In this document: piece after piece, positions 18,853 through 28,723 of the stretch
Position numbering within the stretch: position 1 is the first letter of the stretch
Layout of the letters: the number at the start of each line of letters is the position of its first letter
The notes under the pieces: model-generated
The model's input: the letters and a program-made list of their open reading frames with translations, nothing else
What the model was told of the DNA's origin: nothing
The model's database searches: none
Translations under genes and position numbers: made by a program
DNA from: Minisyncoccota bacterium
Lineage (GTDB): Bacteria; Patescibacteriota; Minisyncoccia; Phycocordibacterales; JAACPR01
Length of the DNA stretch: 64,000 nt
Direction of reading: 5' to 3'
Assembly (NCBI GenBank): GCA_041674225.1
Contig: JBAYWG010000001.1
Coordinates: 254,667 to 318,666 of the forward strand

Positions 18853-20838
18853 TTAGTTCTTGATTGTTTGTGTAGGAATTGAGTATTCACTTTCGTCCGG
18901 AACTGTGTAAGCAGCTTGTGTAGCTGTTGAAGTAGTTGCGAAGTTAATTGAATCTAGTTCAAGTCCGTATTGTCCTGTTGTTCCTGGGTCAAGTTCTACG
19001 ATGATTTCAAATGTTTCTGAAGTTCCTTCAGCAACTTTGTATCGGTCGTTTGTTTCAACATCAGCAGATGTATCTGAGATACGAGCTGAAGATGTTCCTG
19101 TAAATGTTGAACCTGTAACAGTAGCAACGAATCCTGCTGTTGATGAAGATGTTGTAGAAACGCTATCGTAAATCCAAGCATCTTCTTCTAGAGCTGTAAT
19201 TCTAATTTCGAATGTGTAAATACCTTCGTTATCTGTCAAAGTTGTGTCTACGTTCTCTCGTAGAGATGAACCTTCGCTCACACCTTCAACTACGATACCA
19301 GTTGTTCTTAGAGTATGTGTAGCACCTTCTTGTGTTCCAGATACTACTGAAGAGTCACCGTTTGCTGCTCCTTCTGCTGTTAGAGCATTTGTACCAAAGT
19401 CAGATCCGTTGATTTTACCAACTCCGAATTGTACTGATTCACCGTTATCAAAGTTAGCAAAAGAGCTTCCTGTTGAATTGAATTCAGCCATTACAACAAC
19501 TTCGATTCTTGAATCTTTTTCAAGTTCAATTTCGTCTCCATTGTCTTCAAAGTCGAATGTGTATTCTCCAACTCCAGCTGTAGTTGATGCAGTGTCGTAA
19601 TCAAATTCTTGACCATCGATTTCGATAGTAAGGTCAATTACAACGTCTTCTACATCGTCATCAGTTGTTGAAGCGATAATTGTAAGAGTATTTAGTAATA
19701 CATCTGCACTATCATCGTTATCAATTTCGAATCGGAATACTTCAAATGGTCCTGAGTTGTCGTCTGTATCTACAACCAAGATAGATGCGTCTAGATCATC
19801 ATCACTTGAACGAATTGTAACATCTCCAGCGTCAGCAGCTTCGATTTCGAATTCTGTTGATTCTGTGTTTGAACCTTCGTAGTGATCAATTCCTTTTCCA
19901 TCCACGGCTCGGATTCCATCTGTTGGGATCCAAATTTTCCATGATTGTGTTAGGTCACTATCATCAATGCTATCTGAAGTTGTAACTTCAACTTCGATTA
20001 GAGCGTCATCACCTTCTTCAACTACAGTATCCAATCCAGCGAATCTTACTTCGTAGGCTCGGCTAGTTGTAGGAGTTTCTGTGCTGTCTTCTCTTGACCA
20101 GTCATCTTCGCTATCTACATCCATTGAATCAACTTCGTCTCCGTTGATGAATAGAGCAATAGATTCGATTTGATTCCAAGGCTCATCTTCTAGAGTTTCT
20201 GTAACTGATTCAAGTCTGATGTCTACACGGTCGATTGAAACGTCTCCATCTTCAACTTCGAATTCAGCAGCAAAAACTTTTGCTGTTTCTCCTTCTTCAA
20301 GGTCTTCGTTAGAGTATGAGTTTTCTCGATCGTAACTACTTAGACGAGCTTCTTCTCCGTTAAGAGAACCGCTTGTTGTTGTAGTAGTTGTAGTTGTAGT
20401 TGTTGTACAGTCTCCTGCAACCTTAGCTCGTGTAACTGGGCCAAAGTATCCAGCAGCTGGTGAGATCATCACTGATGCTTGGTATTTAGCCAAAGCTGAT
20501 TGTGTAAGAGCTCCAAAGTATCCCTTTGAAGTTCCTGCAGGGATTGATAATGTTCCTTTAGCTTCTAGGAAAGATTGTAGTGAAACTACATCTGCTCCTG
20601 TTGAACCTAAAGTAAGGTCTCGTGTGTATGTACCACATGAAGCTGTGCTACTTGTTGAAGTAGTTGTGCTTAATGCAGCCATAGCTGCAGCAGCTTTGTC
20701 AGCTGGGATAACACCCATACTTACTAGAAGTTGGATATCAGCAGCTGTTAGGGCTGATGCTGTTGGAGCAACTACGATTGTAAGCGCAAACGCTACAACC
20801 ACAGCTGAACCAGCAATTTTTGAAAAAATGTTTTTCAT
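18853..20838 (-). CDS. secreted acidic cell-surface protein: N-terminal PG_binding_1-like domain, poly-Thr linker, D/E-rich beta-rich region
   Basis: Signal peptide MKNIFSKIAGSAVVVAFALTIVVAPTASA; DLTLGSTGADVVSLQSFLEAKG...GYFGALTQSALAKYQ...GYFGPVTRAKV; a T13 run; then about 480 aa of highly acidic sequence. Confidence 0.65.
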   Translation of the reverse strand: MKNIFSKIAGSAVVVAFALTIVVAPTASALTAADIQLLVSMGVIPADKAAAAMAALSTTTSTSSTASCGTYTRDLTLGSTGADVVSLQSFLEAKGTLSIPAGTSKGYFGALTQSALAKYQASVMISPAAGYFGPVTRAKVAGDCTTTTTTTTTTTSGSLNGEEARLSSYDRENSYSNEDLEEGETAKVFAAEFEVEDGDVSIDRVDIRLESVTETLEDEPWNQIESIALFINGDEVDSMDVDSEDDWSREDSTETPTTSRAYEVRFAGLDTVVEEGDDALIEVEVTTSDSIDDSDLTQSWKIWIPTDGIRAVDGKGIDHYEGSNTESTEFEIEAADAGDVTIRSSDDDLDASILVVDTDDNSGPFEVFRFEIDNDDSADVLLNTLTIIASTTDDDVEDVVIDLTIEIDGQEFDYDTASTTAGVGEYTFDFEDNGDEIELEKDSRIEVVVMAEFNSTGSSFANFDNGESVQFGVGKINGSDFGTNALTAEGAANGDSSVVSGTQEGATHTLRTTGIVVEGVSEGSSLRENVDTTLTDNEGIYTFEIRITALEEDAWIYDSVSTTSSSTAGFVATVTGSTFTGTSSARISDTSADVETNDRYKVAEGTSETFEIIVELDPGTTGQYGLELDSINFATTSTATQAAYTVPDESEYSIPTQTIKN

Positions 20839-20864
20839 TTGTTTTTTTATAAATTTTAAAAGTG

Positions 20865-20905
20865 CAACTACTAAATCGTTATTTTAAAAATGATTAGTAG
20901 TTGAA
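20865..20905. promoter_or_regulatory. imperfect 13-bp inverted repeat (GCAACTACTAAATC-N17-GATTAGTAGTTG) in the 5' leader of the surface-protein gene
   Basis: Seen directly; lies 27-67 bp upstream of the ATG at 20838. Confidence 0.3.
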
Positions 20906-21273
20906 CATTGGTAATTAATTACTAACGTTTTCGACTTCAATTTTAAATCGGAAGTCGAGCGATAAACACCATCTATTTATTTATAGTCGCCTACAAATAA
21001 ATAGGCTGGCTTCAATGTTTTAGTCTGAGTTTCTGACATACATCCATTACTGAATTTATCGTACGGGAAATACCTATTTGATGACGAATTTTTATTCAAT
21101 TATCAACGATCAATTCGTACCGTCTTACTCCTCCGTCTATAGGTACATTGCATATTGTATCGCACCCTAAGGCACTCGACACATAAACAAATGTGGATAA
21201 CTGAGTTTTTTAGGCTCAATCCACATCCCGACAGCATACAACAAAAAAGGTTAAAAATCAACAGGTTTGACCG

Positions 21274-21987
21274 CTATATAATAGAGTAAGTACTCCATCT
21301 TCTTTCACCTTCTTTTTTGATCAAATTCAAGGACACCATCTTTATCAACTCTCTCTGAATTGTCTTTTCTGAGCAGTTTTTTATTTTAGAAGAAATGTCT
21401 TTTATGGTGACTTTTTCATTGTCCTTTATAATTTTCATTATCTCTTCGTTTCTATTATTAAGCTCTACATTTTCTTTTTGTCCTTTATAAACATCTTCTG
21501 TATGTTTAATATCTTTAGGTTTATCAGTGTCTGAATCTTGTCCTTTATGTCCTTTATAAGAATCTGCTGGTTCTGGGAGTTTTTGTCTGGACTCCACTAC
21601 AAAAAAAGATTTCTTGAAGTCTGTGTCTCCGATAAAGTTGTCCTTGTGATTTTCGATTTCCTTATTTAGTCGAGAGATCTCATCTAGAATAATCTGCACA
21701 TTGTTTTGGTTCATCATATTAGAGCTAGCACCTAGCAATAGTAGTGTCTTTATCTCCAAAAAGTCTTGGGTTAGCTTTGATGAAACTCCTGAGTCAGAAT
21801 GTCCGCTATTAAATATAATAATGTCTTTTATTAAAACATCTGCGATAGATCTTATGTTTGTCTTTAAAGAAATCCTATCAGACAAATGGTTGGTAGATAG
21901 ATATAGCGCCAGGACAATCCTTTCAACCTTTTTAAATAAGAAAACTTTGAAGCTATTGTAGTTTTTAGGAAATACTTCTGTGTCCAT
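21274..21987 (-). CDS. hypothetical protein with C-terminal winged-helix DNA-binding domain
   Basis: C-terminal ...IMKIIKDNEKVTIKDISSKIKNCSEKTIQRELIKMVSLNLIKKEGERRWSTYSI resembles DeoR/MarR-type wHTH; divergent from ftsK. Confidence 0.45.
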   Translation of the reverse strand: MDTEVFPKNYNSFKVFLFKKVERIVLALYLSTNHLSDRISLKTNIRSIADVLIKDIIIFNSGHSDSGVSSKLTQDFLEIKTLLLLGASSNMMNQNNVQIILDEISRLNKEIENHKDNFIGDTDFKKSFFVVESRQKLPEPADSYKGHKGQDSDTDKPKDIKHTEDVYKGQKENVELNNRNEEIMKIIKDNEKVTIKDISSKIKNCSEKTIQRELIKMVSLNLIKKEGERRWSTYSII

Positions 21988-22141
21988 AAAGACATTCTAG
22001 ATAAATCTGAGACAGAATACAATTGTGGAGGTTGTTGAGGAGTGTTGTAATTGTGTCTTTTATATAATAATCCGACTAATATCAAATGTCTTTAATAAAT
22101 AAAATTTTAAATAGTTTTTCACATAGTGGCTAAAAATAAGC

Positions 22142-24400
22142 ATGTTATTATATAGAGACTTATTATCATCAATTAAACCAACAAAAGTGGCCAAGAAAAA
22201 AAACAGAAATAAAGATAGAAAGGATGTTGTGGAAGAGAGCGTTTCTTTTCTAAAAGAAGAAACCGTAGAAGCCATCATCGCTGTGGTATTTCTATTAGTT
22301 GGAGTGTTCCTGACTTTCGCAGCTTTTGGAAGTGCGGGATTTCTAGGAGACGCTGTCTATAGAGTATCTAATTTTCTTTTTGGAATTGGTTATTATTTAA
22401 TTCCTATAATTCTATTCGGATTAGGAATTTCTTTTTTAGCATCCCTGAAACACAACTTGGCAATCACAAAAATCGTTGGAGCTATCTTCATCTTCATCTC
22501 CGGATTAGGAATTGTTGATTTAGTTTTTGAAAAAGGAGGATTGATCGGAGACAAGCTGTCATTCGTACTTGAAAAACTTTTGGGATTTTGGGTGGCTTTG
22601 ATTTTCTTATTTTCGGTTTTACTAATTTCAGTTTTGGTAATATTCAACCTTTCACTAAAAGTAGATTTCAAAAAAATATTCGCTAAAAAAGAAAAATCTT
22701 TGACTGAGGAAGAGGATGCAATTTTGACAAAAGGAATTGAAAAAAATCTTCCACAAGAAAATCCAAATGATGATTATGATGACGAAGAGGATGCTCAGGT
22801 GCCGGTGATTTCTCCTACTCCAGCAGTAGCTCAATCTGCGAAACCAAGCGGATTGATTTTCTTTGCAAAAAGATCAGCACAACAAACTTTTACTCCCCCA
22901 CCACTTTCTCTTCTGCAAAAAGATTCTGGTAAACCAGAAGTAGGAGACGTGAAAGCAAACGCAAACATTATCAAAAGAACACTTTCAAATTTTGGTATTC
23001 AAGTAGAGATGGATGAAGTTTCAATTGGTCCGTCAATCACACGTTATGCTTTGAAACCTGCCGAAGGAGTAAAACTTTCTAGAATTGTTGCTTTGCAAAA
23101 CGACCTTTCTCTAGCACTTGCCGCCCACCCTCTCCGAGTCGAAGCTCCTATTCCTGGAAAGTCTCTAGTTGGTATCGAAATTCCAAACTCAATTAAAACT
23201 ACAGTTGGACTTGGTTCACTTATCAAAGATCCTACTTTTAATGATCCTTCAAAACCATTGAGTGTTTGTTTAGGAAAAGGGATCACAGGAAAAGCTACAA
23301 TTGCCAACTTTGCAAAAATGCCTCACGTACTTATCGCCGGAGCTACTGGTTCAGGAAAATCTGTAACAATTCACGCAGTTGTGACTTCTCTACTATATAA
23401 AAATCATCCAGACCAACTGAAATTCATTATGGTTGATCCAAAGAGAGTTGAGCTTACTCTTTATAATAAAATTCCTCACCTTCTAACTCCTGTTATCACA
23501 GATGCCAAAAAAGCTATTCTTGCTTTGAAATGGGCAGCAAAAGAAATGGATAGACGATACGATTTACTAGAAGAAAACGCAGTACGAGATATTCAGTCTT
23601 ATCATTCAAATATTTTGGAACCAGCTTTAAAGAAAGCAAAAGATAATCCTGAAGCTGAAGTACCAGAAAACATGCCTTATATAGTAGTAATCATCGATGA
23701 GTTGGCAGATATTATGCAGTCTTATCCTCGAGAACTTGAATCAGCGATTGTGCGCTTGGCTCAAATGAGTCGTGCGGTGGGTATTCACCTTTTGATTTCT
23801 ACACAAAGACCGAGTGTGAACGTTATTACTGGTTTGATTAAAGCCAACATCCCTACTCGTGTTGCATTGCAAGTGGCTTCACAAATCGATTCACGAACTA
23901 TTCTTGATATGCCTGGAGCTGAAAAACTTCTTGGAGCTGGAGATATGCTTTATCTTTCTGGAGAAATGTCACAACCGATTCGTCTTCAATCTGCTTTCAT
24001 TACAGAAAAGGAGGTGAAAGATGTTGTTGAATGGCTACAAAATCAATACAAAGATGAAATTGGTGTATCAAATATCGATCTTGGAGGAAATGCTAACAAT
24101 GATACAAATCCTATGGATGCAATCGCTGCTGCGGGGGGGTTTGATGAACCAGGAGACGACGATGATCTATATAACGAGGCGCGCCGGGTCGTGATTGAAG
24201 CAGGAAAAGCATCTACTTCATATATTCAAAGAAAATTGAGAGTTGGGTATTCTAGAGCGGCGCGCCTAATCGACCTATTAGAAGAAAGAGGTGTAGTTGG
24301 CCCTGCTGACGGCTCAAAACCTCGAGATGTAATAGGAGCTGGATCTTCTTCAGGAACACCACCTACAAACTACGATATAGACGAAGACGAACAATTCTAA
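22142..24400 (+). CDS. ftsK: DNA translocase FtsK/SpoIIIE
   Basis: N-terminal TM segments, Walker A GATGSGKSV, and a C-terminal gamma wHTH (YIQRKLRVGYSRAARLIDLLEERGVVGP). Confidence 0.9.
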   Translation: MLLYRDLLSSIKPTKVAKKKNRNKDRKDVVEESVSFLKEETVEAIIAVVFLLVGVFLTFAAFGSAGFLGDAVYRVSNFLFGIGYYLIPIILFGLGISFLASLKHNLAITKIVGAIFIFISGLGIVDLVFEKGGLIGDKLSFVLEKLLGFWVALIFLFSVLLISVLVIFNLSLKVDFKKIFAKKEKSLTEEEDAILTKGIEKNLPQENPNDDYDDEEDAQVPVISPTPAVAQSAKPSGLIFFAKRSAQQTFTPPPLSLLQKDSGKPEVGDVKANANIIKRTLSNFGIQVEMDEVSIGPSITRYALKPAEGVKLSRIVALQNDLSLALAAHPLRVEAPIPGKSLVGIEIPNSIKTTVGLGSLIKDPTFNDPSKPLSVCLGKGITGKATIANFAKMPHVLIAGATGSGKSVTIHAVVTSLLYKNHPDQLKFIMVDPKRVELTLYNKIPHLLTPVITDAKKAILALKWAAKEMDRRYDLLEENAVRDIQSYHSNILEPALKKAKDNPEAEVPENMPYIVVIIDELADIMQSYPRELESAIVRLAQMSRAVGIHLLISTQRPSVNVITGLIKANIPTRVALQVASQIDSRTILDMPGAEKLLGAGDMLYLSGEMSQPIRLQSAFITEKEVKDVVEWLQNQYKDEIGVSNIDLGGNANNDTNPMDAIAAAGGFDEPGDDDDLYNEARRVVIEAGKASTSYIQRKLRVGYSRAARLIDLLEERGVVGPADGSKPRDVIGAGSSSGTPPTNYDIDEDEQF

Positions 24401-24401
24401 G

Positions 24402-24833
24402 ATGAAATTTAGGAAAAAGTTAATTATATTTGGAACACTTACATTATTGATAATCATATTAATATACGCTTTTTTTAACGCTCGACTTCTGCTCGCTGGT
24501 CCTCAAATTATTATCAAAAGTCCAGAAAATGGTCTTACTTTTGATACACCTTTTATAGAATTAGTCGGAGAAGCTAGAAATACATCTTTCATAAGCATGA
24601 ACGGCAATACTATATATGTTAACGAAGAAGGAGAATTTCGAGAGCAATTGCTGTTACCTCCGGGGACAAGTATAATTAGAATCGACGCACGCGACAGATT
24701 TGAAAGATCAACAGAAGAGACTCTTTGGTACACATACAACGGCGAACGTTCTGAGATAGATATTTCAGAAATCGAAATCGCGACCAGCTCCCCTGCCACC
24801 TCGACCTCAACATCTTCACCGTCACTTGATTAG
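24402..24833 (+). CDS. hypothetical membrane-anchored protein
   Basis: 143 aa with N-terminal TM; start is adjacent to the ftsK stop (TAAgATG). Confidence 0.45.
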   Translation: MKFRKKLIIFGTLTLLIIILIYAFFNARLLLAGPQIIIKSPENGLTFDTPFIELVGEARNTSFISMNGNTIYVNEEGEFREQLLLPPGTSIIRIDARDRFERSTEETLWYTYNGERSEIDISEIEIATSSPATSTSTSSPSLD

Positions 24834-24875
24834 TTTTTTATAGGAATTTAATTACCAATAATTTAAAATACGAAC

Positions 24876-25928
24876 ATGGCAATAAAAAAGAAAGCAGCAA
24901 AAGAAAAAAAAGTAATTAAAGAATCAGATACTAGCGGTGAAAGAAATTCTTCAAAAAATATTGAAGACACAATTCGAGAAATAAAAACAAAATTTGGAGA
25001 CGACGCAATCATGAAGCTTGGTGAAAAACCAAAAGTTGGTGTCGATTCAATTCCAACAGGTTCAATTGGGCTAGATGAAGCTTTAGGAGTTGGAGGAGTT
25101 CCACGAGGAAGAATCATCGAAATCTTTGGTCCAGAATCTTCAGGAAAGACTACCCTTTCACTTCACATCGTCGCAGAAGCTCAAAAGAAACATGGTATTT
25201 GTGCATTCGTAGATGCTGAGCACGCTTTAGATCCTGAGTACGCAAAAAAGATTGGAGTAAATCTAGATGAACTTTTGATTTCACAACCAGACACAGGAGA
25301 ACAAGCTTTAGAAATTGTAGAGAGTCTTGTGCGTTCTGGAAAAATTGACGTTGTAGTGATCGACTCTGTCGCAGCACTTACACCAAAAGACGAAATCGAA
25401 GGAGACATGGGAGCGTACCACGTAGGTAAACAAGCGAGACTTATGTCTCAAGCTTTGAGAAAACTTACAGCGATTGTCGCAAAGTCAAAAACGGTAGTTA
25501 TCTTTATTAACCAAATCCGAATGCAAATTGGAGTTATGTTTGGAAACCCTGAGACAACTCCAGGAGGAAAAGCATTGAAATTCTATACATCTGTTCGCTT
25601 GGACATCAGAAGAATCGCTCAGATTAAAAAAGGTGAAGAAATCATGGGAGGAAGAGTGCGAGTGAAGGTTGTTAAAAACAAAGTAGCCGCACCTTTTCGT
25701 GTGACAGAGTTTGATCTTCTATACAATGAAGGTATTTCAATCGAAGGAGAAATGCTAGCTCTTGGAGAAAAATTTGAATTAATTCAAAAATCTGGCTCAT
25801 CTTATTCTTATGGTGAAGTAAAACTTGGACGAGGATACGATGCATCTAGAACTTTCTTGAAAGAAAACCCTGCTGTTTCAAAAGAAATCTTGAAGAAAAT
25901 CAAAGACAAAATTAAGGAAGAAATCTAA
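24876..25928 (+). CDS. recA: recombinase RecA
   Basis: [30 protein letters not shown], and a Lys-rich N-terminal extension of about 20 aa. Confidence 0.95.
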   Translation: MAIKKKAAKEKKVIKESDTSGERNSSKNIEDTIREIKTKFGDDAIMKLGEKPKVGVDSIPTGSIGLDEALGVGGVPRGRIIEIFGPESSGKTTLSLHIVAEAQKKHGICAFVDAEHALDPEYAKKIGVNLDELLISQPDTGEQALEIVESLVRSGKIDVVVIDSVAALTPKDEIEGDMGAYHVGKQARLMSQALRKLTAIVAKSKTVVIFINQIRMQIGVMFGNPETTPGGKALKFYTSVRLDIRRIAQIKKGEEIMGGRVRVKVVKNKVAAPFRVTEFDLLYNEGISIEGEMLALGEKFELIQKSGSSYSYGEVKLGRGYDASRTFLKENPAVSKEILKKIKDKIKEEI

Positions 25929-25963
25929 TTGCAGAGCCCTGCCCTGTTTGGTAGAATCCTGAA

Positions 25964-26543
25964 CATGCTAAATTACAACGAAGTTAAAGAAAGAGGTTTT
26001 ATTGTTATTGATGGTGACCCTTATGAAGTTATGGAATCGCAAGTTTCCAGAAAACAACAAAGAAAACCTGTTAACCAAACAAAACTAAGAAATTTAATTA
26101 CTGGCGGAACCCGTCAACAGACTTTTCACTATGCCGACACAGTTGAAGAAGCTTATCTTGAAAAGAAAGTTGTTAAATACTCTTTCAACAAATTCAACAG
26201 ACAAACAGGTACTACTGAATTTTGGTTCACAGATCCAAAAGATAAAAGTAAAAGATTTGAAGTAGCTGAATCTGTTTTGGCTGACAAAATCATGTACATG
26301 AAAGAAGATACCGAGTACGAAGTGCTTTATTTTGGGGAAAGAATTATTGGCATCTCCCTACCAATCAAAGTAGAACTAAAAGTTATTGAAGCTCCACCAA
26401 GTATCAAAGGAAGCACAGCTAGCGGTGGAGATAAAAAAGTTAAAGTAGAAACTGGAGCAATGATTACTACTCCGACTTTTGTGGAAGTTGGAGATGTGAT
26501 TCGGGTTAATACAGAAACTGGGCAATATACAGAACGAGTTTAA
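25964..26543 (+). CDS. efp: translation elongation factor P
   Basis: GFIVIDGDPYEV...TKLRNLITG...C-terminal GAMITTPTFVEVGDVIRVNTETGQYTERV; start moved to the ATG (MLNYNEV). Confidence 0.85.
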
Positions 26544-26570
26544 TTTATTAAATTCAGCATACTTAAAACA

Positions 26571-26633
26571 AAATAGTCATAATATATTTGCGGTCCTCGG
26601 TTCACATAACTTCGTTATGCTCCCTGCGGATGC
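26571..26633. repeat. structured intergenic repeat, copy C (inverted orientation)
   Basis: Reverse complement contains CATCCGCAGG-gagcataacgaagttatgtgaa-CCGAGGACC flanked by complementary atatatttgc/gcaaatatat. Confidence 0.6.
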
Positions 26634-26711
26634 AAATATATTGTGATTATTTTGTTTCTAATTTAATTATTTTTATAAACTCAACTCAATTACAATTACT
26701 GCATACAAAAG

Positions 26712-26740
26712 AAAAAAGAGGGGTTTGCACCCCTCTTTGA
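26712..26740 (-). terminator. rho-independent terminator (agaggggt-ttgc-acccctct)
   Basis: 8-bp stem with a T-run on the minus strand, just downstream of the 26744-27121 gene. Confidence 0.6.
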
Positions 26741-26743
26741 AGA

Positions 26744-27121
26744 TTAGAATATTCTACTACCCCAATCTTCATCGTCTTCTGTGAAATCACCAGGAAGGCG
26801 ATATTTCAGCATCACGATGTGGTCATCAGGTTTTGCATCCTCATACGGTCCGCCAACACCTAAAGTGCGGGCGGGTTGAGCATGACTAAAGTCTTCAAGA
26901 ATATCCTCTTGAAGATTCTTCCTACCCTCTCTTTCTGGATCTTCAAAAAGTTCTTGCATACAAGCAAAAGCTTCTTGAAGATTACTTGGTTTACCATCAG
27001 AAGAATCAACTTCATCAGACGGTTCAGAAGGTCCTGGCAGATGTGAATCATCACCCATACCCCAACACTCAAAAAAACTTCTTTGTATAATATTATCCAT
27101 AATAAATAAAGGTTCGTTCAT
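26744..27121 (-). CDS. hypothetical acidic protein (125 aa), GC-elevated
   Basis: ORF with its own terminator; no family recognised. Confidence 0.4.
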   Translation of the reverse strand: MNEPLFIMDNIIQRSFFECWGMGDDSHLPGPSEPSDEVDSSDGKPSNLQEAFACMQELFEDPEREGRKNLQEDILEDFSHAQPARTLGVGGPYEDAKPDDHIVMLKYRLPGDFTEDDEDWGSRIF

Positions 27122-27285
27122 TTATTAAAATACACCTTCCCCACTCAAAATAAAAGTTACCTTATCAACCTTTTAATGTCTTACTTAACCATTATTAATT
27201 TAGCCTTTTATACCTCATTGAGTAAAAACAAAACACACTGTGTGAGTACATTGCGGAGGCCGTTAAGGGCCGAGCATAGTGGCAA

Positions 27286-27318
27286 ACAAAAAAAGAGACA
27301 CAAGTGTCTCTTTTTTTT
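27286..27318 (-). terminator. rho-independent terminator of the rpsF-ssb-rpsR operon (agagacac-aagt-gtgtctct)
   Basis: 8-bp stem flanked by A7 and T8. Confidence 0.6.
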
Positions 27319-27358
27319 GTTTGAACACGTGTACGAATACAGTGTGTTTTGTTTTTAT

Positions 27359-27559
27359 TTATCGAGAAATAAAAGGCATCAACCCAATGAATCTAGCTCT
27401 CTTAATAGCACTCTCAACTTGTCTTTGGTGCTTAGCAGAAAGACCAGTTCTTTTTCGAGAAAGAAGTCGTCCGTTTGGATTAACAAAACGCTTCAAGTGC
27501 TCTAAATCCTTGTAATCGATTGTCTTTATATTTTTTTGATTAAAATAATCATTTGTCAT
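27359..27559 (-). CDS. rpsR: 30S ribosomal protein S18
   Basis: IDYKDLEHLKRFVNPNGRLLSRKRTGLSAKHQRQVESAIKRARFIGLMP. Confidence 0.85.
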   Translation of the reverse strand: MTNDYFNQKNIKTIDYKDLEHLKRFVNPNGRLLSRKRTGLSAKHQRQVESAIKRARFIGLMPFISR

Positions 27560-27604
27560 AGGTTCGAACACTATACACAAACTCTTTAAGTTGTGCAACT
27601 GGCT

Positions 27605-28066
27605 TTAAAAAGGAATATCTTCAGGGTTTATTTCGTCTTGTGGGTACTCGATTTGACCTCCATCATCTTGAGGCATTTCAGCCGAGTTTGATGCAGATGA
27701 ACCTGAGTCGGCTTTTGGAGAATAACCCTCTCCTGCACCTGCTTTTGGCCCAAATTGAACCCTATCTGCAACGATCTCTGTTCGATATTGCTTTTGTCCT
27801 GCTTGGTTGTCCCAACTTCTGGTTTGAATTCTTCCTTCTACCATTACGCTTTGTCCTTTTTTTAAATATTGAGCGGCTGTCTCAGCTGGTCGCCCAAAAA
27901 CTACGATATTATGATAATCTGTTGACTCCTGTTTTGCTCCACTTTGATCCTTCCACACACGATTTGTGGCCAATGAAAATTGGCATACAGAAGTACCATT
28001 TGGTAATGCTTTTTGTTCTGGGTCTCTGGTAAGGTTTCCTACTATTAATGCTTTATTTAAATACAT
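27605..28066 (-). CDS. ssb: single-stranded DNA-binding protein
   Basis: OB-fold MYLNKALIVGNLTRDPE...YHNIVVFGRPAETAAQYLKKGQSVMVEGRIQTRSW and the acidic C-terminal tail ending DIPF. Confidence 0.9.
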   Translation of the reverse strand: MYLNKALIVGNLTRDPEQKALPNGTSVCQFSLATNRVWKDQSGAKQESTDYHNIVVFGRPAETAAQYLKKGQSVMVEGRIQTRSWDNQAGQKQYRTEIVADRVQFGPKAGAGEGYSPKADSGSSASNSAEMPQDDGGQIEYPQDEINPEDIPF

Positions 28067-28142
28067 ACATCTAGTATGTTCGCAGAGTTGTAGGTAGTAG
28101 TCAATCTAGACCTTCATCTAGATTTTAGGTATTTTTTAGAAT

Positions 28143-28682
28143 TTATTTATCTTCTGCAACTAGAGCTTCTATAGCTTCGTCGATTTCTTCTTCAACAACT
28201 TCATCTTCTACAACTTCTTCTACAACATCAGCTTCTACTTCGTCATCTGTAGTTTTTCGTCTCTTTCTTTCATCTGGAGCCTCAGCTTTCTTTGATAGAG
28301 CTTCTGCAATAGTTTCCGCACTAGTGTTAGCGTCTTCTGTAGTTTTTAGAACAACATACCTTAAAATTTCAGCGTTTAAATCTAATTCTTCTTTAATCAA
28401 TTCGATTTGATCTGGAGTGATGTTGAATTTAACCCAACCGAATGAAGCGTTGTTGTATTTTAGGTTTCTAGAGTCAATATTTTTAACCATTGTGTACGCT
28501 AGTGGAATTGTTACAGGAGTAGATTCTGAAACGATTGCCCCACCGTGGTTTGTGATAACTTTTTTAACAGCATCGAAATCTGCTTGAATTTTGTCATCAA
28601 GAGTTGCGATAAGGTTAATACCAAGCTCATAAAGCCGTACTTCATCATTATTCATATTGTCTATTGTTGCGTTTTCTGACAT
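28143..28682 (-). CDS. rpsF: 30S ribosomal protein S6 with long acidic C-terminal extension
   Basis: Gene order rpsF-ssb-rpsR; S6-like core (VRLYELGINLI...FGWVKFNITPDQIELIKEELDLNAEILRYVVLK); the start is uncertain. Confidence 0.6.
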   Translation of the reverse strand: MSENATIDNMNNDEVRLYELGINLIATLDDKIQADFDAVKKVITNHGGAIVSESTPVTIPLAYTMVKNIDSRNLKYNNASFGWVKFNITPDQIELIKEELDLNAEILRYVVLKTTEDANTSAETIAEALSKKAEAPDERKRRKTTDDEVEADVVEEVVEDEVVEEEIDEAIEALVAEDK

Positions 28683-28723
28683 GAGCAAAAGATTAACATA
28701 AAGGCTTACCAGGCGCAAGATTT

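Noticed and set aside
21864-22278. Minus-strand ORFs 21864-22085 and 22060-22278 in the ftsK upstream region
   Set aside because: AT-rich low-complexity translations overlapping the divergent promoter region and the ftsK start.
24834-24876. LexA/Cheo box upstream of recA
   Set aside because: Only a partial GAAC half-site is present, with no palindromic partner.
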